DNA of 64,000 bases, taken from a virus (Duplodnaviria > Caudoviricetes). The first letter of the stretch is position 1. Every line of letters starts with the position of its first letter. The stretch lies in the IMG/VR virus record IMGVR_UViG_3300049740_002155; one strand, written 5' to 3'. Position numbers and translations under genes: made by a program. Below are positions 10,369 to 20,446 of the stretch, in pieces. The notes under the pieces are model-generated. The model saw nothing but the letters and a program-made list of their open reading frames with translations. It was not told the DNA's origin and did not search any database.

Positions 10369-11127
10369 GTGAAACCTTTGGGTGACCAAGTTCATAATTG
10401 TGATAATTTATCACTTTTAAAAAAACTTGATACAAACTGTATTGATTTAATTTATTGTGACATTTTATACGGAACAGGTAAAAAATTTAAAGATTATCAA
10501 GATTTAGAACCTGACCGACAGATCATTGATACTCATTATATTCCTCGTTTACACGAAATGAAACGAGTATTAAAAACATCAGGAACAATTTATTTGCAAA
10601 TGGATTTAAGAATTGTTCATTGGATACGTATTTTGATGGATAGTGTGTTTGGATATGATAATTTTAGAAATCAAATTGTTGTTAAATTTAATATCGGTGG
10701 TCGTGGAAAAAAAGAGTTTGCAAAAAAGCATGATTATATCATAGTTTACACGAAGTCAGACGAGTTTGTTTTTAATGATATGGATATTCGTATTCCATAT
10801 AAATCCGTAATCAGTAAAAAACAAGATAGACCAAACATCACAGACGAAAAATTAAAAATTGGAACGATACCTACAAATGTTTGGGACGATATTCCTTCCG
10901 GCCTGAAGGTAAAAAAGGCAACTGATTATTATAGTGAAAAGCATCCTAAAATTTTAGAAAGAATAATCAAAGCAAGCAGTAACGAGGGTAATGTTGTTGC
11001 AGACTTTTATTGTGGAAGTGGAACTACATTGGATGTTGCTAAAAGTTTGAACCGTAAATTTATTGGATGTGACATCAACCCAAATGCAGTCAAAATTTCT
11101 AAAGAAAGATTGAGCAAAAAAAGTTAA
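10369..11127 (+). CDS. N6/N4 DNA methyltransferase (beta class) with atypical catalytic motif
   Basis: Motif IV reads YCDILYG (DPPY-equivalent); C-terminal KHPKILERII...DFYCGSGTT...FIGCD. Confidence 0.8.
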   Translation: MKPLGDQVHNCDNLSLLKKLDTNCIDLIYCDILYGTGKKFKDYQDLEPDRQIIDTHYIPRLHEMKRVLKTSGTIYLQMDLRIVHWIRILMDSVFGYDNFRNQIVVKFNIGGRGKKEFAKKHDYIIVYTKSDEFVFNDMDIRIPYKSVISKKQDRPNITDEKLKIGTIPTNVWDDIPSGLKVKKATDYYSEKHPKILERIIKASSNEGNVVADFYCGSGTTLDVAKSLNRKFIGCDINPNAVKISKERLSKKS

Positions 11128-11211
11128 TTTTTTTACCTTGAAATGTGTTTAAAATTCAAGTAAAATATATTTATATATAGTAAATAAAACTGACTAAATA
11201 ATAATTGAAAA

Positions 11212-11442
11212 ATGGATAATGAAGATAAAAAATACAATGCCTACGGCATTCGATTAGAAGTGTTAAAAAACGCAAAAGAAATGGTATGGGAAGCATGGCA
11301 CATGGAAAAAGAAGAGTTGGAAAGTCGTGCCAGTTTTGAAAATACTCCCTTAGAAATACCACCAATTCCAACTACACACGAAGTATTAGAAATTGCTTCG
11401 GACTTTTACAATTTCGTTGAAAATGGCGGAAAATCTTCTTAA
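11212..11442 (+). CDS. Hypothetical phage protein
   Basis: 76 aa, YGIRLEVLKNAK...EVLEIASDFYNFV. Confidence 0.7.
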   Translation: MDNEDKKYNAYGIRLEVLKNAKEMVWEAWHMEKEELESRASFENTPLEIPPIPTTHEVLEIASDFYNFVENGGKSS

Positions 11443-11457
11443 TTAATATCATTCTGA

Positions 11458-11486
11458 TTGACGAAATTCAAATCGAGTTGTATTAT
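11458..11486 (+). promoter_or_regulatory. sigma70-type promoter (ssb-recA)
   Basis: TTGACG-17 nt-TATTAT. Confidence 0.7.
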
Positions 11487-11528
11487 ATTAAGAATAATAA
11501 TAACAAATACAAAATTAAGGAATAAAAA

Positions 11529-12359
11529 ATGGCAATTGACCTAGATAAAATCAAAGCAAAACTTACGAACCTCTCTCAGAGTAACAATCGTAAGAACTAT
11601 CAATGGAAACCCCAACCTGGAAAGCAACAGGTTCGTATCGTGCCTTACAAGCATCAACCAGATAATCCGTTTATTGAGTTGTTTTTTCATTACGGAATCA
11701 ACAATCGGACTTATCTTTCTCCCAAGTCATTTGGTCGTCCAGACCCTATTGTTGAGTTTGCTGAAAAGTTAACTCGTAGTGGAGATAAAGATGATTATCG
11801 CATGGGACGTTCTCTTATGCCAAAAATGAGAACTTTTGTTCCTGTCATCGTTCGTGGTGAAGAAGCAGAAGGTGTTAGGTTTTGGGGATTTGGTAAAGAA
11901 GTTTACCAAGAACTATTAGGAGTCATTGCAGACCCCGATTACGGAGACATTACCGATGCAACTAATGGAAGAGATATTACAATAGAATTTCTTTCAGCAG
12001 AAGAAGCAGGAAGGTCATTTCCAAAGACTAATATTCGTGTTAAACCAAACACATCACCTATATCTGAAAATAAAAATATAGTTGATGGTGTTGCCAACAA
12101 TCAAGCAGAAATCACAGAGATTTATCAAGAATTAAGTTACGATGAATTGAAAGATGCTCTTGAAAAATGGGTAAGTGGAGAAACTGAAGAAGATGCTCCA
12201 CCTGCCGAGTCAGTCACAGACAACGCAGTTGTCGTTGAAGAAACACAAAAAGAAGTAAAGCAACCAACTGTTGCTAGTGCAACTTCTGAACAAAGCAAAC
12301 CAAACGCAACTTCTACGGAAGATGTAGAGGCTGCTTTTGAAGAGTTGTTCAAGTCTTAA
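11529..12359 (+). CDS. Single-stranded DNA-binding protein (T4 gp32-like)
   Basis: WKPQPG..VRIVP, FFHY, FWGFGK, YGDITD, acidic C-terminal tail; next to recA. Confidence 0.8.
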   Translation: MAIDLDKIKAKLTNLSQSNNRKNYQWKPQPGKQQVRIVPYKHQPDNPFIELFFHYGINNRTYLSPKSFGRPDPIVEFAEKLTRSGDKDDYRMGRSLMPKMRTFVPVIVRGEEAEGVRFWGFGKEVYQELLGVIADPDYGDITDATNGRDITIEFLSAEEAGRSFPKTNIRVKPNTSPISENKNIVDGVANNQAEITEIYQELSYDELKDALEKWVSGETEEDAPPAESVTDNAVVVEETQKEVKQPTVASATSEQSKPNATSTEDVEAAFEELFKS

Positions 12360-12365
12360 AACTAA

Positions 12366-12395
12366 GAGGGTGGTTGGAAAAATCCAACCACCCTC
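12366..12395 (+). other. Perfect 13-bp GC-rich hairpin between ssb and recA
   Basis: GAGGGTGGTTGGA-AAAA-TCCAACCACCCTC; no U-tract follows on the + strand. Confidence 0.8.
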
Positions 12396-12412
12396 ATATC
12401 AATTTAAAATTT

Positions 12413-13576
12413 ATGGCAAGAAAAAAAGAAGTAAAATCGACAAGCAAATCAGAAGATTTAGCATCTGTGTTAGCAGAAAGTTTAAACTCAGCATATAAAG
12501 ATGAAGGTAAAGTAGCATTCTTTCTCAACGAGGGTGATGATCCATCGTTGATTTCCGACTGGATTCCAACAGGTAGTAGTTTACTTGATCTGGCAATTTC
12601 AAATCGTCCGAATGGTGGAATTCCTGTGGGACGAATTACCGAAGTAACTGGACTAGAACAAAGTGGTAAAAGTTTGTTGTGTGGTCACATTCTTGCGGAA
12701 ACTCAAAAGAAGGGAGGTGTTGCAGTGTATATTGACACGGAAACAAGTGTTAGTATTGAATATTTAACTGCTATTGGTGTTGATACAACTCAGTTGTTGT
12801 ATGTTCATGTAGATACCGTAGAAGACATTTTTGCAACGATAGATAATATCATCGCAACAATTCGCAAAAGCAATAAAGATAGACTCGTTACTATTGTAAC
12901 TGATAGTGTTGCAGCCGCATCAACAAAAGTAGAAATGTCAGCAGATTATAGCAAAGATGGATTTGCAACGACCAAAGCAATTTTGATTAGTAAAGCAATG
13001 CGTAAGTTAACTTCAACAATTGGACGTCAAAGAATTGCATTAGTATTCACCAACCAACTTCGTCAAAAGATGGGAGTTATGTTTGGTGATCCGTGGACAA
13101 CAAGTGGTGGTAAAGCATTGGCATTCCACGCAAGTGTCCGTCTTCGTTTAAAGAATCTTGGACAAATCAAACAAGGTTCTACAACTGATGTAATTGGAAA
13201 TAAATGCGAAGCAACAATCGTTAAGAATCGTATGGGTCCTCCCCAAAGAAAAGCAGCCTTTGAAATTTATTTCAATCGTGGTATTGATGATTTAGGGAGT
13301 TGGATTACCACACTTAAAACTCATAAAGTATTTAAGCAAGGTGGTGCATACTACACTTATACTGATTCTAAAGAAAATGAACACAAGTTTATGGCAAAAG
13401 AATTTCCAACTTTGTTAGCAGAAAATCCTGATTTAAAAGAGGAATTGTATACTCAAATATGCGACAAAGTGGTTATGCAGTATGAATCTGCAAATAGTGT
13501 CATTGACGAAGACGTTGAATTTGAAGATAACGATACAATTGCTGAACAAGAATTAGCATCTGTATCCGATGAGTGA
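12413..13576 (+). CDS. recA: RecA/UvsX recombinase
   Basis: IPTGS..LD, GGIPVGRITEVTGLEQSGKS, DSVAA, NQLR, TTSGGKALAFHASVRL, KNRMGPP; start at ATG 12413. Confidence 0.93.
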   Translation: MARKKEVKSTSKSEDLASVLAESLNSAYKDEGKVAFFLNEGDDPSLISDWIPTGSSLLDLAISNRPNGGIPVGRITEVTGLEQSGKSLLCGHILAETQKKGGVAVYIDTETSVSIEYLTAIGVDTTQLLYVHVDTVEDIFATIDNIIATIRKSNKDRLVTIVTDSVAAASTKVEMSADYSKDGFATTKAILISKAMRKLTSTIGRQRIALVFTNQLRQKMGVMFGDPWTTSGGKALAFHASVRLRLKNLGQIKQGSTTDVIGNKCEATIVKNRMGPPQRKAAFEIYFNRGIDDLGSWITTLKTHKVFKQGGAYYTYTDSKENEHKFMAKEFPTLLAENPDLKEELYTQICDKVVMQYESANSVIDEDVEFEDNDTIAEQELASVSDE

Positions 13577-14648
13577 TAAACGCAAAATATTCAGTTTATT
13601 TCAAGAGTTTTCAAAAGAGCAGAAAACTGAACTAGAAGTAGATAGAGATATAAATTCCGATGTACTTTTAGTGGATGGAATGAATACATTCATGCGTGTG
13701 TGGAGTATGTATCCAACTACAAATGAAAACGGAGATCATATCGGTGGTTACACCGGATTTCTAAAAAGTATTGGTCATGCTATTCGTTTAAGAAAACCTA
13801 CACGATGTATTGTTGTGTTTGATGGAAAGGGTGGTAGTACACGTAGAAGAAAAATATTTCCAGACTACAAAATGAAAAAGAATGTTCGGTTTAGGGTAAA
13901 CCGTGCGTTGAGTTTGGATATGGATCAAACTGAAGAATCAAGTTCGATGAAGTATCAGATTGTGAAACTCATTGAATATCTTAATATGCTTCCTGTTACA
14001 ACGATTTGCATGGACAATGTAGAAGCAGATGATGTCATGGCATTACTTGCTCGTTCTTATTTCAGTGGTCTTGGTAAAAAGTGTACTATAATGAGTACCG
14101 ATAAAGATTTTCTTCAACTTGTAGACGAAGATGTTACTGTTTATAGTCCAACTAAAAGAACGGTTTACACTCCTGAAAAAGTATCACTTGAATATGGAAT
14201 ACATCCTAATAACTTTTTATTGTATAGAACAATAGACGGAGACCGTGGAGATAATATAGATGGAATGAAAGGTGTTGGTGAGAAAAAACTAAAAACTGCA
14301 TTTCCTGAATTATCAACCGAAGCAAAATTATCAGTTGATGATTTACTAAAAATTTCCGAAGAAAAGAAAAAAGAAATGCCATTGTATAAAAATTTTCTAA
14401 AAGAAGAAAATCAAAGTTTGTTAAAACGAAATTACGATTTAATGCAATTGGTAGATTCTATTCTTCCTGCAAGTATGCAGACAAAAATATTCGACCACGT
14501 CGATTCACCTGTAACAGAATTAAACAAGTTTGAATTTAGTAAAAAATTTGCTGAAGATCAACTATGGGCTGCGTTTCCAAACCACCACACTTGGTTAATG
14601 GAAACGTGGACAATTCTGAATAACTATGCGATTTCTTCACAATCGTAA
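13569..14648 (+). CDS. 5'-3' exonuclease / T4 RNase H-like flap nuclease
   Basis: LLVDGMN, VVFDG, YK, EADD, STDKDFLQL, GDRGDNIDGMKGVGEK. Confidence 0.9.
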   Translation: MSDKRKIFSLFQEFSKEQKTELEVDRDINSDVLLVDGMNTFMRVWSMYPTTNENGDHIGGYTGFLKSIGHAIRLRKPTRCIVVFDGKGGSTRRRKIFPDYKMKKNVRFRVNRALSLDMDQTEESSSMKYQIVKLIEYLNMLPVTTICMDNVEADDVMALLARSYFSGLGKKCTIMSTDKDFLQLVDEDVTVYSPTKRTVYTPEKVSLEYGIHPNNFLLYRTIDGDRGDNIDGMKGVGEKKLKTAFPELSTEAKLSVDDLLKISEEKKKEMPLYKNFLKEENQSLLKRNYDLMQLVDSILPASMQTKIFDHVDSPVTELNKFEFSKKFAEDQLWAAFPNHHTWLMETWTILNNYAISSQS

Positions 14649-14665
14649 TTTTTTTAAAAAAAGTC

Positions 14666-14694
14666 TTGATTGGATTCCAATCATTTGATAATCT
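14666..14694 (+). promoter_or_regulatory. sigma70-type promoter (helicase)
   Basis: TTGATT-17 nt-TAATCT. Confidence 0.5.
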
Positions 14695-14704
14695 ATTTTA
14701 ATAT

Positions 14705-16117
14705 ATGACGGAGACAAATAATAATGTAGATACTTTACAAAAGTTCGGTACTGCATTTCAAAGTAAAACCATTCGTGCTTTAATTGACGATAAAAAGTTC
14801 TTAGAAAGAACTCACGATATTATTGAAACTGAATATTGGGAAAGTGAAGCACATAAATGGATTGTAGATGAAATTTTAACGCACTACGATAAGTATAAAA
14901 GAACAACTACACTTGATGTATTTAAAATTAAGTGCGATGATGTAAACATTGATTCATTAAAGGCTGCAATCATTGATCAACTTAGAAGCATATTCACGCA
15001 GGTTGACACAAATGATGCGGAGTTTGTTAAAAATGAGTTTTTAAACTTTTGTAAAAATCAAAAACTTAAAAATGCAATTATGCAAAGTGTTGACTTTCTT
15101 AAAGGTGGTCAATACGACTCTATTAAACGAATTGTAGATGATGCACTCAAAGCAGGAACTGAACGTGATATTGGTCACGATTATGCACGTGACATTGATT
15201 TAAGAATGTCAGAAACTGCACGGGATACCATCAATACAGGTTGGGAAGTAATCGATGATTTGACTAATGGTGGATTGGGACCCGGAGAACTTGGTGTTAT
15301 TATCAGTAGTGCAGGAGGTGGTAAAAGTTGGTGTTTGGCATCACTTGGTAAATCAGCAATGCAAAGTGGTAAAAATGTATTGCATTATACTTTAGAACTT
15401 AATGAGTGTTATGTTGGACTTCGTTACGATAGTTGTTTCACAGGAATTCCGTTCCAAGATATTACGGACTACGAAGAAAAAGTTAAGAATGTAGTTTCAA
15501 CTATTAAAGGAAAACTTCTTATTAAAGAATATCCAACAAAAAGTGTAGGAGTTAGTACAATTCTTGCACACGCAAATTTAGCAAATACAATGGGATATCC
15601 TGTTGATATGGTGGTAATTGATTATGCAGATATTTTATCTCCGGGTAAAGTGTCTAATAATGCAAATACCTATGTAGAACAAGGTGGTATTTATGAGGAC
15701 TTACGAGGCCTTGCGGGCGAACTCGGAGTACCTGTATGGACGGCATCTCAAGCAAGTCGTTCGTCATTGGATGATAATATTATTGAAGCACAAAAAGTTG
15801 CGGATAGTTATCGGAAAATAATGACGGCAGACTTTGTTATAAGTTTGTCGAGAAAGGCAACTGACAAGGTTAGTAATACAGGAAGATTTCATGTTATCAA
15901 AAATCGTTTTGGGGCAGATGGCATGACTTTTCCAAGTAGAGTAGACACATCTTCGGGTGTTATTGAAATATATGATGAGCAAAGTACAAAGGGTGCGGAA
16001 ATAATGGTGGAAATGAATGATTCCGAGAATGGTGCAAAGAATCTTTTAAAATCCAAGTACGACCAAATGAACAATAAAAATTCATATAATAACGAAGATA
16101 GTGTTGATATTGGTTAA
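14705..16117 (+). CDS. dnaB: DnaB-like replicative helicase (gp41-like)
   Basis: GGLGPGELGVIISSAGGGKS, TLEL, IDYAD, TASQ, KNRFG. Confidence 0.92.
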   Translation: MTETNNNVDTLQKFGTAFQSKTIRALIDDKKFLERTHDIIETEYWESEAHKWIVDEILTHYDKYKRTTTLDVFKIKCDDVNIDSLKAAIIDQLRSIFTQVDTNDAEFVKNEFLNFCKNQKLKNAIMQSVDFLKGGQYDSIKRIVDDALKAGTERDIGHDYARDIDLRMSETARDTINTGWEVIDDLTNGGLGPGELGVIISSAGGGKSWCLASLGKSAMQSGKNVLHYTLELNECYVGLRYDSCFTGIPFQDITDYEEKVKNVVSTIKGKLLIKEYPTKSVGVSTILAHANLANTMGYPVDMVVIDYADILSPGKVSNNANTYVEQGGIYEDLRGLAGELGVPVWTASQASRSSLDDNIIEAQKVADSYRKIMTADFVISLSRKATDKVSNTGRFHVIKNRFGADGMTFPSRVDTSSGVIEIYDEQSTKGAEIMVEMNDSENGAKNLLKSKYDQMNNKNSYNNEDSVDIG

Positions 16118-16219
16118 AAAATTCTGTATATATAGTATGTATGTTTACGCAGAAATTCGTAAATATATTTATATAATTAAATTATAATGTTAATATAAAA
16201 ATCTAACAAAAGGTTACAA

Positions 16220-18703
16220 GTGAAAGTAAAAAAAAGAAACGGCAGATTAGAAGACTTCAATGTTGATAAAATCAACAAATGTGCTGAGAGGGCCTCGAAA
16301 AATTTAGATAACGTTAGTGCAAGTGAAGTTTTGATTGATGCCAAAATCAAGTTGTATGATAAAGTTACAACGGTAGAAATAGACAAATCACTTATTATGA
16401 GTGCGAGGTCTAAAATTGAGTTTGAACCGAATTATGCTTATATGGCTGCGAGAATGCTTCTTAATACAATTTACAAAGAAGTTTTTGGTGAGGGAGTAGA
16501 TAGTGATGCTTTTGAACTTCAGTATCGTAAAAGTTTTATTACGAATATGCGTAGATTAGTCCGTGAAGAAATTCTCAATGAAGAACTTCTTGAGTGTTTT
16601 GATTTACGTGAATTGAGTGATAAACTTAATATTGAACGAGAAAAGGATTGGAAGTATCTTGGTATTCAAACGATATACGATAGGTATCTTCTTCACATAA
16701 ACAATCGTAGAATGGAAACACCACAAGCAATGTGGATGCGTATTGCTATGGGTCTTGCGTTGAATGAGAAACCTGAAGAACGTCAAGCATATGCAATTAA
16801 GTTTTATGAAACACTTAGTTGCTTTGACGTAGTAAGTTCCACACCAACTTTATTTAATAGTGGAACAACTCATAGTCAGTTGAGTAGTTGTTATCTAAAT
16901 ACTTTTGATGATTCTATTGATGGAATATTTGATGGAATTTGGCAAGAAGCAAGAAAAAGTAAGTTTGCAGGAGGCCTTGGATTTGATATTACCAATTTCC
17001 GTGCAAGAGGAAGTTATATCAAAGGAACAAACGGAATCAACCAAGGACCAGTTTACTTTTGGAAACTTTACAATGATATGCTCGTTGCAGTTAATCAAGG
17101 TGGTAAAAGAAAAGGTGCAGGATGTGCATATCTTGAAACCTGGCACGCAGATATTGAAGACTTTTTGGCATTAAGAAAAACTGTAGGTGATGACAGAATG
17201 CGTTGTCACGATATGAATACTGCAAATTGGATTCCTGATTTGTTTATGAAGCAAGTTGAATCAGACGGTCCTTGGTATTTGTTTAGTCCAAATGAAACAC
17301 CTGAGTTGCACGAAATTTTTGGTGAAAAATTTGAAAAGAAGTATTGGAAGTATGTTAAAAAAGGTCAAGAAGGTGAACTTAGTGTTTTTCGTGAAGTAAA
17401 AGCAAAAGACCTTTGGAAGAAGATGTTGAAAAGTATTTTTGAAACAGGACATCCTTGGGTTACATTCAAAGACCCAAGTAACATTCGTTATAGCAATCAA
17501 CACGAAGGAACGGTTCATAGTAGCAATCTGTGTACAGAAATTCTTCTTCACACAAAACCAACTATTCACGACAACGAAGGAACTCGTTCCGTAAAAGAGT
17601 ATGGAGAAACTGCAACTTGTAATTTAGCAAGTGTGAATTTGAAACGACACGTTGATGTAAACAAACACGGAGAAAAATCTATTGATTACAAAAAACTTGA
17701 AAGTAGTGTAAAAACTGCAATGCGTATGTTGGATAATGTCATTGATCTTAATTATTATCCGACTGAAGAATCACGTAAAAGTAATATGAATCATCGTCCT
17801 GTTGGTCTTGGAACAATGGGTTGGCACGATATGTTTTATGAGTTTAATGTTAATTACGAAAGTGATGATGCGATTCGTATTTCCGATGAAATTTACGAAA
17901 ACATTTCTTATTTCGCAATTGAAGCATCTTCTGATATGGCACTTGATCGTGAAACTTATAGTTCATATTCAGGAAGTCTTTGGAGTCAAGGAACATTTCC
18001 AATTGATACTTGGAAGCAAGTGATGAAACTTCGTGGTAATTCCGATGAAGTTGAACTTAGAAAAGATTGGGATGCTCTTAAAAAGAAAGTTGCTAATCAA
18101 GGAATGCGTAATTCCAATACAATGGCAATCGCACCAACTGCAACAATCAGTTACATCGCAGGATGTTCACAAAGCATTGAACCAAACTTCGGTGTTATTT
18201 TCGTATACTCTACATTAAGTGGTGAATTCACAATGATGAATGAATATTTTGTCAACGATATGAAAGCAGAAGGATTGTGGACAAAAGAACTTGCTAACTT
18301 AGTTAAAAGTGTAGATGGAGATTTACAGAAACTTAATGGGGCAATTCCACCTTGGATTAAAGACAAGTATAAAACTGCATTTCAACAAGATCAATTTAAA
18401 CTTATTGATTGTGCAGCCTCTCGTCAAAAGTGGATTGACCAAGGACAAAGTCTAAATCTTTACAACGACAAAAGTAGTATGAAGTTTCTTAACGATGTTT
18501 ATTTCCACGCATGGAAAAGTGGTTTGAAGACAACTTATTATCTTCGTAATCTGGCTGCAAGTGCCGTTGAGAAAAGCACAGGAGTTAATGTAGAAGAGCA
18601 AACGACTGAAACTGAAAATGAAGAATCAGAGGGTGAACCATCTCCATCACTATGTAGTTTAGAAGCAAAAATGCGTGGGGAAGTCTGCGAAAGTTGTCAA
18701 TAA
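16220..18703 (+). CDS. nrdA: Ribonucleotide reductase class I alpha subunit with N-terminal ATP cone
   Basis: VKKRNG ATP cone, STPTLFNSG, SSCY, SSNLCTEI, CNLAS, TMAIAPTAT, TTYY, C-terminal CESC. Confidence 0.96.
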   Translation: MKVKKRNGRLEDFNVDKINKCAERASKNLDNVSASEVLIDAKIKLYDKVTTVEIDKSLIMSARSKIEFEPNYAYMAARMLLNTIYKEVFGEGVDSDAFELQYRKSFITNMRRLVREEILNEELLECFDLRELSDKLNIEREKDWKYLGIQTIYDRYLLHINNRRMETPQAMWMRIAMGLALNEKPEERQAYAIKFYETLSCFDVVSSTPTLFNSGTTHSQLSSCYLNTFDDSIDGIFDGIWQEARKSKFAGGLGFDITNFRARGSYIKGTNGINQGPVYFWKLYNDMLVAVNQGGKRKGAGCAYLETWHADIEDFLALRKTVGDDRMRCHDMNTANWIPDLFMKQVESDGPWYLFSPNETPELHEIFGEKFEKKYWKYVKKGQEGELSVFREVKAKDLWKKMLKSIFETGHPWVTFKDPSNIRYSNQHEGTVHSSNLCTEILLHTKPTIHDNEGTRSVKEYGETATCNLASVNLKRHVDVNKHGEKSIDYKKLESSVKTAMRMLDNVIDLNYYPTEESRKSNMNHRPVGLGTMGWHDMFYEFNVNYESDDAIRISDEIYENISYFAIEASSDMALDRETYSSYSGSLWSQGTFPIDTWKQVMKLRGNSDEVELRKDWDALKKKVANQGMRNSNTMAIAPTATISYIAGCSQSIEPNFGVIFVYSTLSGEFTMMNEYFVNDMKAEGLWTKELANLVKSVDGDLQKLNGAIPPWIKDKYKTAFQQDQFKLIDCAASRQKWIDQGQSLNLYNDKSSMKFLNDVYFHAWKSGLKTTYYLRNLAASAVEKSTGVNVEEQTTETENEESEGEPSPSLCSLEAKMRGEVCESCQ

Positions 18704-18713
18704 TTTAATGTAA

Positions 18714-18742
18714 TTGACTTAAAACCTTTATTGGGGTAATAT
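18714..18742 (+). promoter_or_regulatory. sigma70-type promoter (S1 protease)
   Basis: TTGACT-17 nt-TAATAT; GGAGG Shine-Dalgarno before ATG 18786. Confidence 0.7.
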
Positions 18743-18785
18743 ATATGAATATATTATTAACCAATCAACCCAGGAGGGTAAACCA

Positions 18786-19814
18786 ATGAATTCAAGCAAG
18801 ATTTTCGCAATCGTGGCCTTTATGGCAATCTCCGTCAATGTTATTTTCGGAGCACCAAATCACAAACAATTAAGGGAAGTTGCGGATCACTTGCAAGATG
18901 TATCGGTTACAATAAAAGCAAAAGCACGATATAGTAGTTCAGAAGGTTCTGGTGCAATGATTATCCGTGAAGTTGACGGAAAAAAAGTTACATTTGTTTG
19001 GACGGCTGCTCATGTTGTAGATAATCTTCGTAAAGTTCGTAGTGTCATTGAAGGTGGTGCTCCTGTAAAGATCGTTGAATTTGATGATGCATCAATTGTA
19101 AAAGAACTTGTGGAAAAAGGTCGTAGAGTTGGTGAAATGAAAATGGATGCTAAGATCATCAAGTATTCAAATGCTGACGATGGACACGATTTGGCACTTC
19201 TTATGGTTCGTGCAAAAGACTACGCAAAAGACGGAGTTGATTTTTATCTCAAAGAAGATAACGACAGAATAATTCCAATTGGAACTGATTTATTCCACGT
19301 TGGTTCATTGCTTGGTCAAATGGGTGCTAATTCAATGACAACTGGAATTATTTCACAAGTCGGAAGAACTCTTGATAAATTTGAATACGATCAAACAACC
19401 GTTACTGCTTTTCCAGGAAGTTCTGGAGGTGGAGTTTATTTGCAAAACGGACAATATGTAGGAATGATTGTTCGTGGTGCAGGTGAAGGATTTAATTTGA
19501 TGGTCCCTGTACGAAGAATGATTCGTTGGGCAGAAAAGAATGACATTATGTGGGCAATTGATCCTAAAGTTGAAATGCCACCTATGGACGAAATTCTAAG
19601 TATGCAAATTGAAGACACCGGAGTCATTCGCAAGAATGATGACGAAGACGAAGACGAGTATAGCATAAAGTCTGCGTTTCCATATAGAATTAAAACTGAG
19701 TATAAATTTGACAATAAATTATTAAATGGATTTGATAAATCTGAAGAGTTTGGAAAAGAATTAAAGATTATGCCATTTGATGGAATGAGTCCTTACAAGA
19801 TTGAGCATAGATAA
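18786..19814 (+). CDS. Exported trypsin-like (S1) serine protease
   Basis: N-terminal signal peptide; triad motifs TAAHV, HDLAL, GSSGGG. Confidence 0.88.
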   Translation: MNSSKIFAIVAFMAISVNVIFGAPNHKQLREVADHLQDVSVTIKAKARYSSSEGSGAMIIREVDGKKVTFVWTAAHVVDNLRKVRSVIEGGAPVKIVEFDDASIVKELVEKGRRVGEMKMDAKIIKYSNADDGHDLALLMVRAKDYAKDGVDFYLKEDNDRIIPIGTDLFHVGSLLGQMGANSMTTGIISQVGRTLDKFEYDQTTVTAFPGSSGGGVYLQNGQYVGMIVRGAGEGFNLMVPVRRMIRWAEKNDIMWAIDPKVEMPPMDEILSMQIEDTGVIRKNDDEDEDEYSIKSAFPYRIKTEYKFDNKLLNGFDKSEEFGKELKIMPFDGMSPYKIEHR

Positions 19815-20272
19815 TGCGTTTTTTTGTTAGGTTTTTAATTGTTACATATATTACTTTATTATCACCCTTGGTTACTTCGTGTGCCGAGGGTGATGGGTTT
19901 ATAAAAGCACCACCTCCGAAAAACGAATTTAAAGGTTGGCAGACTTTAATTAATCCTGTGCTTCAAAAGTCATATGAGGAATATCAAAAAAATAAATTGT
20001 TAAAAGAGCAATTTGAAAAAGATATTAGAAGATATGGAACATTAACAAAAGATGATTTAAATCTTGCTATGATGATACATCGTTTTAATTTAAAAAGAGG
20101 AGATGTTGACCAGTATACATACAATGAATGTACAAAATGGATGAAGATATATGAGACAGAAATCGAAATTGCAAGGAAAAATTACGATGGTCCTGCGTAT
20201 GTATTCTTTTTTGAAGAGTTTGTTAAATTAACTTTTATTCGTGCAGGTGTTGATAAACTGGGAACACTTTGA
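19814..20272 (+). CDS. Hypothetical exported or lipoprotein-like protein
   Basis: Hydrophobic N-terminus ending VTSC; translationally coupled to the protease gene. Confidence 0.6.
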   Translation: MRFFVRFLIVTYITLLSPLVTSCAEGDGFIKAPPPKNEFKGWQTLINPVLQKSYEEYQKNKLLKEQFEKDIRRYGTLTKDDLNLAMMIHRFNLKRGDVDQYTYNECTKWMKIYETEIEIARKNYDGPAYVFFFEEFVKLTFIRAGVDKLGTL

Positions 20273-20279
20273 TATTTAT
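20272..20279 (+). promoter_or_regulatory. ATATTTAT motif (candidate late promoter)
   Basis: 4 nt upstream of ATG 20284. Confidence 0.5.
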
Positions 20280-20283
20280 AGAA

Positions 20284-20385
20284 ATGGAAACTTTGAAAAA
20301 AATATTATGTAAAATAAAATGTTTTTTTAGTCCTTGTTGTGATGATGAGAAAAAGTGCGATTGCAAGTGTCATAACAAAAACTAA
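20284..20385 (+). CDS. 33-aa Cys-rich microprotein (metallothionein-like)
   Basis: Own translation METLKKILCKIKCFFSPCCDDEKKCDCKCHNKN: 7 Cys and 1 His; fills the intergenic gap; preceded by ATATTTAT. Confidence 0.55.
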   Translation: METLKKILCKIKCFFSPCCDDEKKCDCKCHNKN

Positions 20386-20446
20386 TTTAATTACTTTACA
20401 TCAATAATCATTTGTGGTATATTTCTTCTATTAAAGGAGAAATAAT

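Noticed and set aside
16123-16138. NrdR box upstream of nrdA (TCTGTATATATAGTAT)
   Set aside because: It misses the conserved C of the consensus, has no obvious second box, and TATATA runs are common in this AT-rich sequence.
12413-18703. Inteins or introns in recA, dnaB and nrdA
   Set aside because: Protein lengths are ordinary, motifs are contiguous, and no intein termini or homing-endonuclease insertions are evident.
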